A stretch of DNA of 64,000 nucleotides from a phage: sequence record PZ583743.1; one strand, written 5' to 3'. The notes under the pieces were generated by a model. It was not told the origin of the DNA. It ran no database searches and was given only the letters and a program-made list of their open reading frames with translations. The translations under genes and the position numbers were made by a program. Numbering within the stretch: position 1 is the first letter of the stretch; the number at the start of each line of letters is the position of its first letter. Of this stretch, positions 39,483-57,021 are shown one piece after another.

Positions 39483-42400
39483 CAGTAAAAGCACCTTCAG
39501 TCACTAGTCTCAGAATTTCCAAGTTATCCGCAAATCAGGTGCAAGTACGCTGGGATGACGTTGGTGCTAATTTCTACTATTTTGTAGAAATCGCTGAGAC
39601 AAAAACAAACTCGGGGGAAAATCTCCCGAGCAATCAATACAGATGGATTAACTTAGGATATACTGCAAATAACAGCTTCTTTTTTGATAATGCTGACCCA
39701 TTGACATCATACGTTATTAGAGTAGCTACAGCTGCACAGGATTTTGAGCAGTCTGATTGGATTTATACCGAAGAGTTTGAAACTTTTGCTACAAACGCTT
39801 ATACATTTCAAAACATGATTGAAATGCAATTAGCTAATAAATTCATTCAGGAAAAATTTACTCTTAATAATTCTGACTATGTTAATTTTAATAATGACAC
39901 TATAATGGCTGCATTGATGAATGAATCATTCCAATTCAGCCCATCATATGCTGATGTTTCATCAATAAGTAATTTTATTATTGGTGAAAATGAGTATCAT
40001 GAAATACAAGGTTCTATTCAGCAAGTATGTAAGGATATTAATCGAGTTTATTTGATGGAATCAGAAGGGATTCTATATCTTTTTGAGCGTTATCAACCTG
40101 TAGTTAAAGTATCCAATGATAAAGGTCAAACCTGGAAAGCTGTAAAGCTCTTCAATGACCGTGTAGGATATCCTTTATCTAAGACTGTATATTACCAATC
40201 TGCGAGCACAACATACGTTCTAGGATACGACAAGATTTTCTATGGCCGCAAATCTACTGATGTTAGATGGTCAGCTGATGATGTCAGATTTAGTTCGCAG
40301 GATATAACATTCGCTAAACTTGGTGATCAACTTCATTTGGGATTTGATGTTGAAATCTTTGGTACTTATGCTACATTACCTGCAAATGTGTATCGTATAG
40401 CTGAAGCTATTACTTGCACCGATGATTACATTTACGTTGTCGCCAGAGACAAAGTTAGATACATAAAAACGAGTAATGCACCTATAGATTCTGATCCATT
40501 ATCTCCAACATATTCGGAAAGACTTTTTGAACCTGATACAATGACTATAACCGGAAATCCTAAAGCAGTATGCTATAAAATGGATTCTATCGGTGATAAA
40601 GTTTTTGCTCTTATTATTGGTGAAGTTGAAACATTAAATGCTAATCCTAGAACATCAAAAATAATTGATTCTGATGATAAAGGAATATACGTTTTAAATC
40701 ATGATACAAAAACGTGGAAAAGAGTTTTTGGCAACACTGAAGAAGAAAGAAGACGTATTCAACCTGGATATGCGAATATGTCAACTGATGGTAAATTAGT
40801 TTCTCTGTCTTCGAGTAATTTTAAATTTTTAAGTGATAACATTGTTAATGACCCTGAAACTGCAGCGAAATATCAGTTAATCGGTGCTGTTAAATATGAA
40901 TTTCCTCGCGAATGGTTAGCTGATAAGCATTATCATATGATGGCATTTATAGCAGATGAAAAATCTGATTGGGAAACTTTTACGCCTCAACCGATGAAAT
41001 ATTATGCAGAACCATTCTTTAACTGGTCTAAAAAATCTAACACACGTTGTTGGATAAACAACTCTGACAGAGCTGTAGTAGTTTATGCTGATTTAAAATA
41101 CACTAAAGTTATAGAAAATATTCCGGAAACATCGCCAGATAGATTAGTTCATGAATACTGGGATGATGGTGATTGCACGATAGTAATGCCAAATGTTAAA
41201 TTCACGGGATTTAAAAAATATGCGTCTGGGATGCTTTTTTATAAATCTTCTGGTGAAATAATTTCTTACTATGATTTTAACTATCGAGTGAGAGACACGG
41301 TTGAAATAATTTGGAAGCCAACTGGAATATTTTTAAAAGCATTTTTACAAAACCAAGAGCGTGAAACTCCTTGGTCACCAGAAGAAGAGCATGGATTAGC
41401 TGACCCTGATTTAAGACCATTGATTGGCACAATGATGCCTGATTCTTATTTACTACAAGATTCGAATTTTGAGGCATTTTGCGAAGCATATATTCAATAT
41501 CTTTCTGATGGATATGGAACTCAGTATAACAATTTACGAAATTTAATTCGTAACAAATATCCACGAGAAGAGCATGCATGGGAATATTTGTGGTCAGAGA
41601 TATATAAAAGAAACATTTATTTAAATGCTGACAAACGTGATGCTGTTGCAAGATTTTTTGAATCACGTAGCTATGATTTTTATTCTACTAAAGGAATTGA
41701 AGCATCATACAAATTTCTTTTTAAAGTTCTTTATAATGAAGAAGTTGAAATTGAAATTGAATCTGGGGCTGGTACTGAATATGATATAATCATTCAATCT
41801 GATTCTTTGACTGAAGACTTAGTAGGACAAACGATTTATACAGCTACAGGAAGATGTAATGTTACTTATATAGAAAGAAGTTATTCTAACGGTAAATTGC
41901 AATGGACTGTAACTATTCATAATCTTTTGGGAAGATTAATTGCCGGTCAAGAAGTTAAAGCAGAAAGACTCCCTAGTTTTGAAGGCGAAATTATTCGCGG
42001 GGTTAAAGGAAAGGATTTGCTTCAAAATAATATAGACTATATTAATAGAAGTCGATCATATTATGTAATGAAAATTAAATCCAATTTACCTTCTTCCCGC
42101 TGGAAATCTGACGTTATTCGTTTTGTTCATCCAGTAGGATTTGGATTTATAGCAATTACTCTTTTAACAATGTTTATTAATGTCGGTTTAACTCTTAAAC
42201 ATACAGAGACTATAATTAATAAATACAAAAACTACAAGTGGGATTCTGGATTGCCTACTGAATATGCTGATAGAGTAGCTAAATTAACTCCAACTGGTGA
42301 AATTGAACATGATTCAGTAACAGGAGAAGCAATTTATGAACCTGGCCCAATGGCTGGTGTAAAATATCCTCTTCCTAATGACTATAATGCTGAAAATAAT

Positions 42401-42577
42401 AATTCAATATTTCAAGGTCAATTGCCTTCTGAACGACGCAAGTTAATGAGTCCTCTATTTGACGCATCTGGAACAACATTTGCACAGTTTAGGGATTTAG
42501 TTAATAAACGTCTAAAAGATAATATAGGAAATCCAAGAGACCCTGAAAATCCAACACAGGTTAAAATAGATGAATGA
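39479..42577 (+). CDS. 7: Baseplate wedge protein gp7
   Basis: 1032 aa, matching T4 gp7 length and order. Confidence 0.85.
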   Translation: MTVKAPSVTSLRISKLSANQVQVRWDDVGANFYYFVEIAETKTNSGENLPSNQYRWINLGYTANNSFFFDNADPLTSYVIRVATAAQDFEQSDWIYTEEFETFATNAYTFQNMIEMQLANKFIQEKFTLNNSDYVNFNNDTIMAALMNESFQFSPSYADVSSISNFIIGENEYHEIQGSIQQVCKDINRVYLMESEGILYLFERYQPVVKVSNDKGQTWKAVKLFNDRVGYPLSKTVYYQSASTTYVLGYDKIFYGRKSTDVRWSADDVRFSSQDITFAKLGDQLHLGFDVEIFGTYATLPANVYRIAEAITCTDDYIYVVARDKVRYIKTSNAPIDSDPLSPTYSERLFEPDTMTITGNPKAVCYKMDSIGDKVFALIIGEVETLNANPRTSKIIDSDDKGIYVLNHDTKTWKRVFGNTEEERRRIQPGYANMSTDGKLVSLSSSNFKFLSDNIVNDPETAAKYQLIGAVKYEFPREWLADKHYHMMAFIADEKSDWETFTPQPMKYYAEPFFNWSKKSNTRCWINNSDRAVVVYADLKYTKVIENIPETSPDRLVHEYWDDGDCTIVMPNVKFTGFKKYASGMLFYKSSGEIISYYDFNYRVRDTVEIIWKPTGIFLKAFLQNQERETPWSPEEEHGLADPDLRPLIGTMMPDSYLLQDSNFEAFCEAYIQYLSDGYGTQYNNLRNLIRNKYPREEHAWEYLWSEIYKRNIYLNADKRDAVARFFESRSYDFYSTKGIEASYKFLFKVLYNEEVEIEIESGAGTEYDIIIQSDSLTEDLVGQTIYTATGRCNVTYIERSYSNGKLQWTVTIHNLLGRLIAGQEVKAERLPSFEGEIIRGVKGKDLLQNNIDYINRSRSYYVMKIKSNLPSSRWKSDVIRFVHPVGFGFIAITLLTMFINVGLTLKHTETIINKYKNYKWDSGLPTEYADRVAKLTPTGEIEHDSVTGEAIYEPGPMAGVKYPLPNDYNAENNNSIFQGQLPSERRKLMSPLFDASGTTFAQFRDLVNKRLKDNIGNPRDPENPTQVKIDE

Positions 42578-43574
42578 TTCAAGTGTTATCTATCGTGCGA
42601 TAGTTACTTCAAAATTTAGAACAGAAAAAATGTTGAATTTTTATAATTCAATTGGAAGTGGTCCGGATAAAAACACTATCTTTATTACATTTGGAAGATC
42701 AGAACCGTGGTCATCAAACGAAAATGAGGTGGGATTTGCCCCACCTTATCCCACTGATTCTGTGTTAGGTGTAACTGACATGTGGACTCATATGATGGGA
42801 ACCGTAAAGGTTCTTCCATCTATGCTTGATGCAGTTATTCCTCGTAGAGATTGGGGAGATACTAGATATCCGGATCCATACACATTTAGAATTAACGATA
42901 TTGTAGTGTGTAACTCAGCTCCTTACAATGCTACCGAATCAGGTGCAGGTTGGTTAGTATATCGTTGTTTAGATGTTCCTGATACAGGAGTGTGCTCAAT
43001 TGAGTCTTTAACTAATAAGGATGAATGCCTTAAGCTAGGTGGAAAATGGACTCCTTCTGTTAGGTCAATGACTCCTCCTGAAGGTCGAGGAGACGCGGAA
43101 GGAACAATCGAACCTGGAGACGGGTATGTATGGGAATATCTTTTTGAGATTCCGCCTGATGTATCTATAAACAGATGCACAAATGAATATATCGTCGTTC
43201 CTTGGCCCGAGGAATTAAAAGAAGACCCGACTAGATGGGGGTATGAAGACAACCTCACTTGGCAGCAAGATGATTTTGGATTAATTTACCGGGTTAAGGC
43301 AAATACTATTCGTTTTAAAGCATACTTAGATTCAGTTTATTTTCCTGAAGCTGCATTGCCAGGAAATAAAGGATTTAGACAAATATCGATAATCACAAAT
43401 CCTCTTGAAGCTAAAGTTCATCCAAATGACCCAAACGTTAAAGCTGAAAAGGATTACTATGATCCGGAAGATTTAATGAGGCATTCGGGCGAAATGATTT
43501 ATATGGAAAATAGGCCACCTATTATTATGGCAATGGATCAAACAGAAGAAATCAATATTCTGTTTACATTTTAA
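42570..43574 (+). CDS. 8: Baseplate wedge protein gp8
   Basis: 334 aa, matching T4 gp8 length and order. Confidence 0.85.
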   Translation: MNDSSVIYRAIVTSKFRTEKMLNFYNSIGSGPDKNTIFITFGRSEPWSSNENEVGFAPPYPTDSVLGVTDMWTHMMGTVKVLPSMLDAVIPRRDWGDTRYPDPYTFRINDIVVCNSAPYNATESGAGWLVYRCLDVPDTGVCSIESLTNKDECLKLGGKWTPSVRSMTPPEGRGDAEGTIEPGDGYVWEYLFEIPPDVSINRCTNEYIVVPWPEELKEDPTRWGYEDNLTWQQDDFGLIYRVKANTIRFKAYLDSVYFPEAALPGNKGFRQISIITNPLEAKVHPNDPNVKAEKDYYDPEDLMRHSGEMIYMENRPPIIMAMDQTEEINILFTF

Positions 43575-43576
43575 AT

Positions 43577-43604
43577 TAAGGGAGCCATGGGCTCCCTTTT
43601 TCTT
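43577..43604 (+). terminator. Rho-independent terminator after gene 8
   Basis: Hairpin GGGAGCC-ATG-GGCTCCC followed by a T-run. Confidence 0.6.
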
Positions 43605-43612
43605 TATAAATA
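43605..43612 (+). promoter_or_regulatory. Late-promoter core TATAAATA for gene 9
   Basis: Exact TATAAATA about 25 nt upstream of the gene 9 ATG. Confidence 0.6.
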
Positions 43613-43636
43613 CTATAAACTCATAAGGAAACCGCT

Positions 43637-44503
43637 ATGTTCATTCAAGAACCAAAGAAATTGATTGATACCGGCGAAATTGGTAACGCTTCTACTGGTG
43701 ATATCTTATTCGACGGTGGTAATAAAATTAATAGTGATTTTAACGCAATTTATAACGCGTTTGGCGATCAGCGTAAAATGGCAGTAGCAAATGGCACTGG
43801 TGCTAACGGCCAAATTATCCATGCTACTGGATATTATCAAAAGCATTCTATCGCAGAGTACGCAACTCCGGTGAAAGTTGGTACTAGACATGATATTGAT
43901 ACCTCTACTGTTGGTGTTAAAGTTATCATTGAAAGAGGCGAACTTGGCGACTGCGTTGAATTTATTAACTCAAATGGATCAATATCAGTTACTAATCCTT
44001 TAACGATTCAAGCTATTGATTCAATTAAAGGCGTTTCAGGTAATTTGGTAGTAACTAGCCCATATAGTAAAGTTACTTTACGTTGTATTTCATCTGATAA
44101 TTCTACGTCAGTTTGGAATTATTCTATTGAAAGTATGTTTGGCCAAAAGGAATCACCGGCCGAAGGTACATGGAATATTTCTACGTCTGGATCAGTTGAC
44201 ATTCCGCTATTTCATCGTACTGAATATAACATGGCTAAATTGTTAGTTACATGCCAATCAGTAGATGGAAGAAAAATTAAAACAGCAGAAATAAATATTC
44301 TTGTAGATACTGTTAATTCAGAGGTCATTTCTTCTGAATATGCTGTCATGCGAGTTGGGAATGAAACCGAAGAAGACGAAATCGCTAATATTGCATTTAG
44401 TATTAAAACAAATTATGTAACAGCGACTATAAGTTCTTCAACTGTCGGTATGAGAGCAGCAGTTAAAGTTATCGCTACGCAGAAAATCGGGGTGGCTCAA
44501 TAA
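43637..44503 (+). CDS. 9: Baseplate protein gp9 (long-tail-fibre socket)
   Basis: 288 aa, matching T4 gp9 length and order. Confidence 0.85.
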   Translation: MFIQEPKKLIDTGEIGNASTGDILFDGGNKINSDFNAIYNAFGDQRKMAVANGTGANGQIIHATGYYQKHSIAEYATPVKVGTRHDIDTSTVGVKVIIERGELGDCVEFINSNGSISVTNPLTIQAIDSIKGVSGNLVVTSPYSKVTLRCISSDNSTSVWNYSIESMFGQKESPAEGTWNISTSGSVDIPLFHRTEYNMAKLLVTCQSVDGRKIKTAEINILVDTVNSEVISSEYAVMRVGNETEEDEIANIAFSIKTNYVTATISSSTVGMRAAVKVIATQKIGVAQ

Positions 44504-46308
44504 TGAAACAAAATATTAATATCGGTAATGTTGTTGATGATGGTACCGGTGACTACCTGCGTAAAGGTGGTATAAAAATAAATGAAAACTTTGATGAACT
44601 TTATTATGAACTTGGCGATGGAGATGTTCCATATTCAGCCGGTGCCTGGAAAACTTATAATGCTTCATCTGGACAAACACTAACGGCAGAATGGGGAAAA
44701 TCATACGCTATTAATACCTCTTCTGGAAGAGTAACTTTACAACTTCCTAAAGGAACTGTTAATGATTATAATAAAGTAATTAGAGCTAGGGATGTATTTG
44801 CAACATGGAACATCAATCCAGTTACTTTAGTAGCTGCTTCTGGAGATACAATTAAAGGGTCGTCATCATCGGTTGAAATTAATACTCAATTTAGTGATTT
44901 AGAGCTCGTTTATTGCGCTCCAGGACGTTGGGAATATGTCAAAAACAAACAAATTGACAAAATTGTTAGTTCAGATATTAGTAATGTAGCTCGCAAAGAA
45001 TTTTTAGTTGAAGTTCAAGGACAAACTGACTTTTTAGATGTTTTCAATGGAACTAGTTATAATGTCAATAACATCAGAGTAAAACATCGTGGTAACGAAT
45101 TATATTACGGCGATGTATTTAGTGAAAACAGTGACTTTGGCTCTCCAGGGGAAAATGAAGGAGAACTAATTCCTCTCGATGGATTTAATATTAGGCTAAG
45201 ACAGCCATGTAATATTGGTGACACCGTTCAAATTGAAACATTTATGGATGGTGTATCACAATGGAGAAGTTCATATACTAGACGCCAAATAAAAGTACTA
45301 GATTCAAAACTAACATCAAAGACTTCTTTAGAAGGAAGCATTTATGTTACTGATTTATCGGCGATGAAATCAATTCCATTTTCTGCATTTGGATTAATTC
45401 CTGGTGAACCTATTAATCCTAATTCTCTTGAAGTTCGTTTTAATGGAATTTTACAGCAACAAGCTGGAACAGCTGGATATCCTCTGTTTTTGTGTGAAGG
45501 CGCTAGTTCAGATACACAAGAAGGTTGTATATCTCTTGGTGGTGAATGGAAAGAATCAAACACAGATTATTCTATAGAATATGAAGATGGAAAACCTACC
45601 AGTCTTTTATTTGATAGAAAATTTGAATCAGGTGATATAATCGTTATAACGTGGTTCAATAATGATTTAGGAACTCTTTTAGAAAAAGATGACATCATTG
45701 AATTGACTGATGACCGTTATGTTAGTAAAGGATCATCTACCGAAGTTACTGGTGATGTAGCCTTAACGGATTTTGATAAAATCGGTTGGCCAAATGTTGA
45801 AAAAGTTGATTCTTATACTAGAACGTATAATTCAATATCATCTATTTTCGATAGCATTTATCCTGTAGGTTCAATTTATGAAAATGCTATAAATCCAAAT
45901 AATCCGGCGACTTATATGGGATTTGGTTCATGGAAATTATTTGGTAAAGGACGGGTTTTAGTAGGATGGAATGATGATGTTACGGATCCAAACTTTGCTT
46001 TAAACAATAATGATTTAGATTCTAGCGGAAATCCTTCACATACTGCCGGTGGTACAGTTGGAACAACATCAGTAACGCTTGAAAACGCAAATCTTCCTGC
46101 AACTAAAACCGACGAAAGAGTTTTAATTGAAGATGAAAATGGATCGGTTATTATTGGAGGTTGCCAATATGACCCAGATGAAACTGGTCCTATATATACA
46201 AAATATCGTGAAGACTACGCAACAACAAACTCTTCACATACTCCTCCTGCTAATATTAGTAATATTCAACCGTCTATTACTGTATACCGTTGGATAAGGA
46301 TTGCATAA
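44503..46308 (+). CDS. 10: Baseplate wedge protein gp10
   Basis: 601 aa; order as in T4. Confidence 0.85.
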   Translation: MKQNINIGNVVDDGTGDYLRKGGIKINENFDELYYELGDGDVPYSAGAWKTYNASSGQTLTAEWGKSYAINTSSGRVTLQLPKGTVNDYNKVIRARDVFATWNINPVTLVAASGDTIKGSSSSVEINTQFSDLELVYCAPGRWEYVKNKQIDKIVSSDISNVARKEFLVEVQGQTDFLDVFNGTSYNVNNIRVKHRGNELYYGDVFSENSDFGSPGENEGELIPLDGFNIRLRQPCNIGDTVQIETFMDGVSQWRSSYTRRQIKVLDSKLTSKTSLEGSIYVTDLSAMKSIPFSAFGLIPGEPINPNSLEVRFNGILQQQAGTAGYPLFLCEGASSDTQEGCISLGGEWKESNTDYSIEYEDGKPTSLLFDRKFESGDIIVITWFNNDLGTLLEKDDIIELTDDRYVSKGSSTEVTGDVALTDFDKIGWPNVEKVDSYTRTYNSISSIFDSIYPVGSIYENAINPNNPATYMGFGSWKLFGKGRVLVGWNDDVTDPNFALNNNDLDSSGNPSHTAGGTVGTTSVTLENANLPATKTDERVLIEDENGSVIIGGCQYDPDETGPIYTKYREDYATTNSSHTPPANISNIQPSITVYRWIRIA

Positions 46309-46967
46309 TGAGTTTACTTAATAATAAAGCGGGAGTTATTTCCCGCTTAGCAGATTTTCTTGGTTTTAGAACTAAGAAAAATGATATTTCGGTTATGAAT
46401 AATCAGCCAGTAGGTGCTGTAACAATTTCACAAATAGCAAAAGGTTTTTATGACCCAAATGTAGAATCTGCTATCAATGATGTTAGAAATATGGCAGAGC
46501 AACAGGTTGGAGCTGTATTAGTTAATATAAGCGGCGTATCTCCTACTGGTGTGCAGCAAACAGACTATTGGTCATTTGAAGGAACTGTTACTGATACTTC
46601 AGCCAAACCAGGTGACCCAGTTATTGTTAACATGTTTGGTATTCCAGTTAAAGCTAATAACGGAATGACTTCAATCGAATTTACCAGTGCCGTTAGAACA
46701 GCTCTACAGGAAATGGTTGCAAAATTTATTGCAATTGATTCATTTGAAGACCATCCTACAATAGGAAATAAAATACAAGTTAAGTATTTAGATAACCAGG
46801 AACATATCTTAGAACAATACTCTGATAAAGGAATTACTTTCAAACAAGAAATAATTTCTCCTTCTAAACCTGGATACGGAACTTGGCAATTATTAGGTGC
46901 GCAAACTGTTACGCTAGATAGTCACACACAACCTACGGTATTTTATTATTTTGAGAGAATAGCATGA
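46308..46967 (+). CDS. 11: Baseplate wedge protein gp11
   Basis: Start at ATG 46308 ([15 protein letters not shown] overlap) gives 219 aa, the T4 gp11 length. Confidence 0.85.
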   Translation: MSLLNNKAGVISRLADFLGFRTKKNDISVMNNQPVGAVTISQIAKGFYDPNVESAINDVRNMAEQQVGAVLVNISGVSPTGVQQTDYWSFEGTVTDTSAKPGDPVIVNMFGIPVKANNGMTSIEFTSAVRTALQEMVAKFIAIDSFEDHPTIGNKIQVKYLDNQEHILEQYSDKGITFKQEIISPSKPGYGTWQLLGAQTVTLDSHTQPTVFYYFERIA

Positions 46968-48514
46968 GTAACAATACATATCAGCACGTATCAAATGAAT
47001 CAAAATATGTTAAATTCGATCCAGTAGGATCGAATTTTCCTGACACTGTCACGACAGTGCAGTCTGCATTATCAAAAATAAGTAATATCGGCGTAAATGG
47101 TATTCCTGATGCAACTATGGAAGTTAAAGGAATAGCAATGATTGCGTCAGAGCAAGAGGTTTTAGATGGAACTAATAATTCTAAAATCGTTACACCAGCT
47201 ACATTAGCAACAAGATTATTGTATCCAAATGCTACTGAAACTAAGTATGGTTTAACGCGCTATTCAACAAATGAAGAAACATTAGAAGGCTCAGATAATA
47301 ATTCATCAATAACGCCGCAAAAACTGAAATACCATACTGACGATGTGTTCCAAAATAGATATTCGTCTGAGTCATCAAACGGGGTTATTAAAATATCATC
47401 TACACCTGCAGCTTTAGCTGGAGTTGATGATACTACGGCAATGACTCCATTAAAAACACAAAAACTTGCAATAAAATTAATTTCACAAATAGCTCCTTCC
47501 GAAGATACTGCATCAGAATCTGTGAGAGGTGTAGTTCAATTATCTACTGTTGCGCAAACTCGTCAAGGAACTCTCCGCGAAGGATATGCAATTTCTCCGT
47601 ATACCTTTATGAATTCTGTTGCAACACAAGAATATAAGGGTGTTATACGTTTAGGAACACAATCGGAAATTAACAGTAATTTGGGAGATGTTGCAGTAAC
47701 GGGTGAAACACTAAATGGTCGAGGAGCTACTGGTTCTATGCGTGGAGTAGTTAAATTAACGACGCAAGCCGGTATTGCCCCTGAAGGTGATAGCTCTGGT
47801 GCATTAGCATGGAACGCAGATGTAATTAATACTCGTGGTGGACAAACTATTAATGGTTCTTTAAATTTAGACCATCTTACAGCAAACGGAATTTGGTCGC
47901 GTGGTGGAATGTGGAAAAATGGCGATCAGCCAGTTGCCACTGAAAGATATGCGTCCGAAAGAATTCCAGTTGGGACTATTATGATGTTTGCAGGTGATTC
48001 AGCACCTCCTGGTTGGCTTATGTGCCATGGTGGAACCGTGTCAGGTGACCAATTTCCTGATTATAGAAACGTAGTTGGAGGAAGATTTGGTGGGGATTGG
48101 AATAATCCAGGGATTCCTGATATGCGAGGTCTTTTCGTCAGAGGAGCCGGCACAGGCGGTCATATTTTAAATCAACGTGGACAAGATGGCTATGGAAAGG
48201 ATAGACTGGGCGTAGGATGTGACGGAATGCATGTTGGTGGTGTTCAGGCACAACAAATGTCATACCATAAACATGCTGGTGGTTGGGGTGAATATAACAG
48301 AAGTGAAGGCCCATTTGGCGCGTCAGTTTATCAAGGATATCTTGGAACTAGAAAATATTCCGACTGGGATAATGCTTCATACTTCACTAATGATGGATTT
48401 GAATTAGGTGGACCGAGAGATGCTCATGGTACACTTAATCGTGAAGGATTAATTGGTTATGAAACTAGACCATGGAATATATCATTAAACTATATTATTA
48501 AAGTTCATTACTAA
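46964..48514 (+). CDS. 12: Short tail fibre gp12
   Basis: 516 aa; order as in T4. Confidence 0.85.
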   Translation: MSNNTYQHVSNESKYVKFDPVGSNFPDTVTTVQSALSKISNIGVNGIPDATMEVKGIAMIASEQEVLDGTNNSKIVTPATLATRLLYPNATETKYGLTRYSTNEETLEGSDNNSSITPQKLKYHTDDVFQNRYSSESSNGVIKISSTPAALAGVDDTTAMTPLKTQKLAIKLISQIAPSEDTASESVRGVVQLSTVAQTRQGTLREGYAISPYTFMNSVATQEYKGVIRLGTQSEINSNLGDVAVTGETLNGRGATGSMRGVVKLTTQAGIAPEGDSSGALAWNADVINTRGGQTINGSLNLDHLTANGIWSRGGMWKNGDQPVATERYASERIPVGTIMMFAGDSAPPGWLMCHGGTVSGDQFPDYRNVVGGRFGGDWNNPGIPDMRGLFVRGAGTGGHILNQRGQDGYGKDRLGVGCDGMHVGGVQAQQMSYHKHAGGWGEYNRSEGPFGASVYQGYLGTRKYSDWDNASYFTNDGFELGGPRDAHGTLNREGLIGYETRPWNISLNYIIKVHY

Positions 48515-48523
48515 GGATTACAA

Positions 48524-49981
48524 ATGATTGAATTAAAAGAGTTACCTTTTGTTGATAGCGTTCCTGACGAAGGTCAGGAACGCATTTCATGGATTAAAAA
48601 TGGTGAAGAAATATTAGGAGCTAGTACTAAGTATGGAAATGATGGATCAATGAATAGACCAATTGTTTCCGTGTTTAAAAACGTCGAAGTTCTTGATGAA
48701 AATGTGGGAATTCTTAAAACTGCCATTGAAACATCACAGAAAGATATTAAAACAATTCAAGGAGTTTTAGACGTATCAGGAGATATAGAAGCGCTATCGC
48801 AGATCAGTGTTAATAAAAATGACATATCAAATTTAAAGACACTTACTAGTGAACACACTGATATATTAACTGGAACTAATAATACAGTTGACAAAATTAT
48901 TGCTGATATAGGTCCATTTAATGATGAAGAAAACTCTGTTTATAGAACAATTAGAAATGATTTACTGTGGATTAAACAGGAATTAGGACAATATTCTGGC
49001 CAAGACATTAATGGTCTTCCTGTTGTTGGTAATGCTAGCACAGGAATGAAACACAGAATAATAACAAATAGCACATTATTATCTTCACAAGGCATTCGTT
49101 TAAGCGAATTAGAAAATAAATTTACTGAATCTGACGTAGGATCATTAACTGTTGAAGTTGGTAAATTACGTGATGAACTTGGTAATAAACCGGTAGATTT
49201 TGGACCAAATATTTATAATAGATTAAACGCTATAGATGATAAACAAACTTTAATAAATTCTGATATAGCAGAAATTAAATCTTCTATTGGATACCCAGAA
49301 AATGTTTCTATAATAACAGAAATTAATAATAACAAAAGTAGCATTGAAGCTATTAATAATGAATTAAATCAGAGTGAAGGTGTTAAACAGCGCTTAACGG
49401 CTATTGAAACTTCTATCGGTTCAGATGATATTCCTTCTAGTATTAAAGGAAAAATTAAAAATCACACAACTTCTATTGAGTCTTTAAACGGAATTGTTGG
49501 TGAAAACACTTCGTCTGGTTTAAGAGCGAATGTTTCGTGGTTAAATCAAATTGTTGGAACTGACTCCAGTGGAGGACAACCGTCTCCTTCTGGATCTCTA
49601 TTAAATAAAGTTTCAGTGCTTGAAGGAGAAGTTTCAGTTTTAAACAATAATGTTCAAAATATACAAGTTGAAATAGGAAATAATAGAACAGGAATTAAAG
49701 GTCAAGTTATTGAACTTACTTCACTTATAAATGGAAATAATCCTGACGGATCAACTGTTGAAGAACGAGGATTAACTAATTCTGTAAAAACGAATGAAAC
49801 CAACATTGCGGCAGTCACACATGAAGTAAATACAGCTAAAGACAATATATCCTCTTTACAGAGCAGCGTTCAAGCTCTACAAGAAGCAGGTTATATTCCT
49901 GAAGCTCCAAAAGATGGCCAAGCTTACGTTCGTAAAGACGGCGAATGGGTACTACTTTCTACCTTTTTATCACCAGCATAA
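48524..49981 (+). CDS. wac: Fibritin (whisker) Wac
   Basis: 485 aa coiled-coil with C-terminal foldon [27 protein letters not shown]. Confidence 0.9.
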   Translation: MIELKELPFVDSVPDEGQERISWIKNGEEILGASTKYGNDGSMNRPIVSVFKNVEVLDENVGILKTAIETSQKDIKTIQGVLDVSGDIEALSQISVNKNDISNLKTLTSEHTDILTGTNNTVDKIIADIGPFNDEENSVYRTIRNDLLWIKQELGQYSGQDINGLPVVGNASTGMKHRIITNSTLLSSQGIRLSELENKFTESDVGSLTVEVGKLRDELGNKPVDFGPNIYNRLNAIDDKQTLINSDIAEIKSSIGYPENVSIITEINNNKSSIEAINNELNQSEGVKQRLTAIETSIGSDDIPSSIKGKIKNHTTSIESLNGIVGENTSSGLRANVSWLNQIVGTDSSGGQPSPSGSLLNKVSVLEGEVSVLNNNVQNIQVEIGNNRTGIKGQVIELTSLINGNNPDGSTVEERGLTNSVKTNETNIAAVTHEVNTAKDNISSLQSSVQALQEAGYIPEAPKDGQAYVRKDGEWVLLSTFLSPA

Positions 49982-49984
49982 CAT

Positions 49985-50011
49985 GGGGCCGCAAGGCCCC
50001 AAAGGATTTTT
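49985..50011 (+). terminator. Hairpin after wac (GGGGCC-GCAA-GGCCCC)
   Basis: GC-rich stem-loop followed by a short T-run. Confidence 0.45.
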
Positions 50012-50013
50012 AA

Positions 50014-51715
<1,702 letters not shown>

Positions 51716-51756
51716 TAAATATTATAAACTAATTAAAGCCCAGATTAGGAGAAATC

Positions 51757-54894
<3,138 letters not shown>

Positions 54895-54925
54895 ATATAT
54901 TAAAGCATATTAAAGAGGATTAAAA

Positions 54926-56905
54926 ATGACTTTATTATCTCCGGGCATTGAGCTCAAAGAAACTACGGTTCAAAGCACCGTGGTTAATAACTCTACTGGT
55001 ACAGCAGCTTTGGCCGGTAAATTCCAGTGGGGTCCTGCTTTTCAGATCAAACAGGTTACAAATGAAGTAGATTTAGTTAATACTTTTGGTCAACCTACAG
55101 CTGAAACTGCTGACTATTTTATGTCTGCAATGAATTTCTTACAATATGGAAATGATTTGCGAGTTGTGCGTGCTGTCGATAGAGATACCGCTAAAAACTC
55201 ATCTCCGATTGCTGGTAATATTGAATACACTATTTCTACTCCAGGTAGTAACTACGCGGTTGGAGATAAAATCACAGTTAAGTATGTTTCAGAAGACATT
55301 GAAACGGAAGGTAAAATTACCGAAGTAGATGCTGATGGAAAAATTAAGAAAATTAGTATTCCTACCGCAAAAATTATCGCTAAAGCGAAAGAAGTCGGTG
55401 AATATCCAGCATTAGGTTCTAACTGGACCGCGGAAATTTCTTCGTCTTCATCTGGTTTAGCTGCAGTAATAACTCTTGGAAAAATTATTACTGATTCCGG
55501 TATTTTATTAGCTGAGATTGAAAATGCTGAAGCTGCTATGACAGCGGTTGACTTTCAGGCAAATCTCGAAAAATATGGAATTCCAGGAGTAGTAGCTCTT
55601 TATCCGGGCGAGTTGGGCGATAAAATCGAAATTGAAATCGTATCTAAAGCTGACTACGCAAAAGGTGCTTCTGCATTACTTCCAATTTATCCAGGTGGCG
55701 GAACACGCGCATCTACTGCCAAGGCAGTTTTTGGATATGGACCACAAACTGATTCGCAATACGCTATTATAGTTCGTCGTAATGATGCTATTGTTCAAAG
55801 TATTGTTCTTTCAACAAAGCGTGGTGAAAAAGATATTTACGATAGTAACATCTACATTGATGACTTTTTCGCAAAAGGCGGTTCAGAATATATTTTCGCA
55901 ACTGCACAAAACTGGCCAGAAGGATTCTCTGGAATTTTAACTCTGTCTGGTGGATTATCATCAAATGCTGAAGTAACAGCAGGAGATTTAATGGAAGCCT
56001 GGGACTTCTTTGCTGACCGTGAATCTGTTGACGTTCAGTTGTTTATTGCGGGTTCTTGTGCCGGTGAATCTTTAGAAACAGCATCTACTGTCCAAAAACA
56101 CGTCGTTTCAATTGGGGATGCTCGCCAGGATTGCTTAGTATTGTGCTCACCACCGCGCGAAACTGTAGTTGGAATTCCTGTAACTCGCGCTGTTGATAAC
56201 TTAGTCAATTGGAGAACCGCAACAGGTTCATACACTGATAATAACTTTAATATCAGTTCAACCTACGCAGCAATTGATGGTAACTACAAATATCAGTATG
56301 ACAAATATAATGATGTAAATCGTTGGGTTCCATTAGCAGCTGATATTGCCGGTTTATGTGCAAGAACCGATAACGTTTCTCAGACTTGGATGTCTCCAGC
56401 TGGTTATAATCGCGGCCAGATTCTTAACGTTATTAAACTTGCTATTGAAACTCGCCAAGCTCAGCGCGACCGTTTATATCAAGAAGCTATCAACCCAGTA
56501 ACTGGTACAGGTGGTGATGGTTACGTATTGTATGGTGATAAAACAGCTACTTCTGTTCCTTCTCCATTTGATCGTATTAACGTTCGTCGTCTGTTTAATA
56601 TGTTGAAAACGAATATCGGACGTAGTTCAAAATATCGTTTGTTCGAATTAAACAACGCGTTTACTCGTTCATCATTCCGCACAGAAACTGCCCAATACTT
56701 ACAGGGAATTAAAGCTCTCGGTGGAATTTATGAATATCGTGTAGTTTGCGATACAACAAATAACACTCCGTCAGTAATTGATAGAAATGAGTTTGTTGCA
56801 ACATTCTACATCCAACCGGCCAGAAGCATTAACTACATTACCTTGAACTTCGTAGCAACTGCTACTGGTGCAGATTTCGATGAGTTAACTGGTCTTGCAG
56901 GTTAA
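54926..56905 (+). CDS. 18: Tail sheath protein gp18
   Basis: 659 aa, matching T4 gp18 length and order. Confidence 0.92.
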   Translation: MTLLSPGIELKETTVQSTVVNNSTGTAALAGKFQWGPAFQIKQVTNEVDLVNTFGQPTAETADYFMSAMNFLQYGNDLRVVRAVDRDTAKNSSPIAGNIEYTISTPGSNYAVGDKITVKYVSEDIETEGKITEVDADGKIKKISIPTAKIIAKAKEVGEYPALGSNWTAEISSSSSGLAAVITLGKIITDSGILLAEIENAEAAMTAVDFQANLEKYGIPGVVALYPGELGDKIEIEIVSKADYAKGASALLPIYPGGGTRASTAKAVFGYGPQTDSQYAIIVRRNDAIVQSIVLSTKRGEKDIYDSNIYIDDFFAKGGSEYIFATAQNWPEGFSGILTLSGGLSSNAEVTAGDLMEAWDFFADRESVDVQLFIAGSCAGESLETASTVQKHVVSIGDARQDCLVLCSPPRETVVGIPVTRAVDNLVNWRTATGSYTDNNFNISSTYAAIDGNYKYQYDKYNDVNRWVPLAADIAGLCARTDNVSQTWMSPAGYNRGQILNVIKLAIETRQAQRDRLYQEAINPVTGTGGDGYVLYGDKTATSVPSPFDRINVRRLFNMLKTNIGRSSKYRLFELNNAFTRSSFRTETAQYLQGIKALGGIYEYRVVCDTTNNTPSVIDRNEFVATFYIQPARSINYITLNFVATATGADFDELTGLAG

Positions 56906-56940
56906 TACGGTGCATTCTAAAGGCCTGTTTCGGCAGGCCA

Positions 56941-57007
56941 TATAAATACACTATATCCTTAATTCTTTAATTCTATATGCCCTAGGTTAAACATAGGGAT
57001 ATAAATA
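56941..57007 (+). promoter_or_regulatory. Two late-promoter cores (TATAAATA) upstream of gene 19
   Basis: Exact TATAAATA at 56941-56948 and 57000-57007. Confidence 0.6.
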
Positions 57008-57021
57008 CTACAGAGGCTAAT

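Noticed and set aside
51717-51756. TATAAACT upstream of gene 15 as a late promoter
   Set aside because: Deviates from TATAAATA at two positions; left uncalled.
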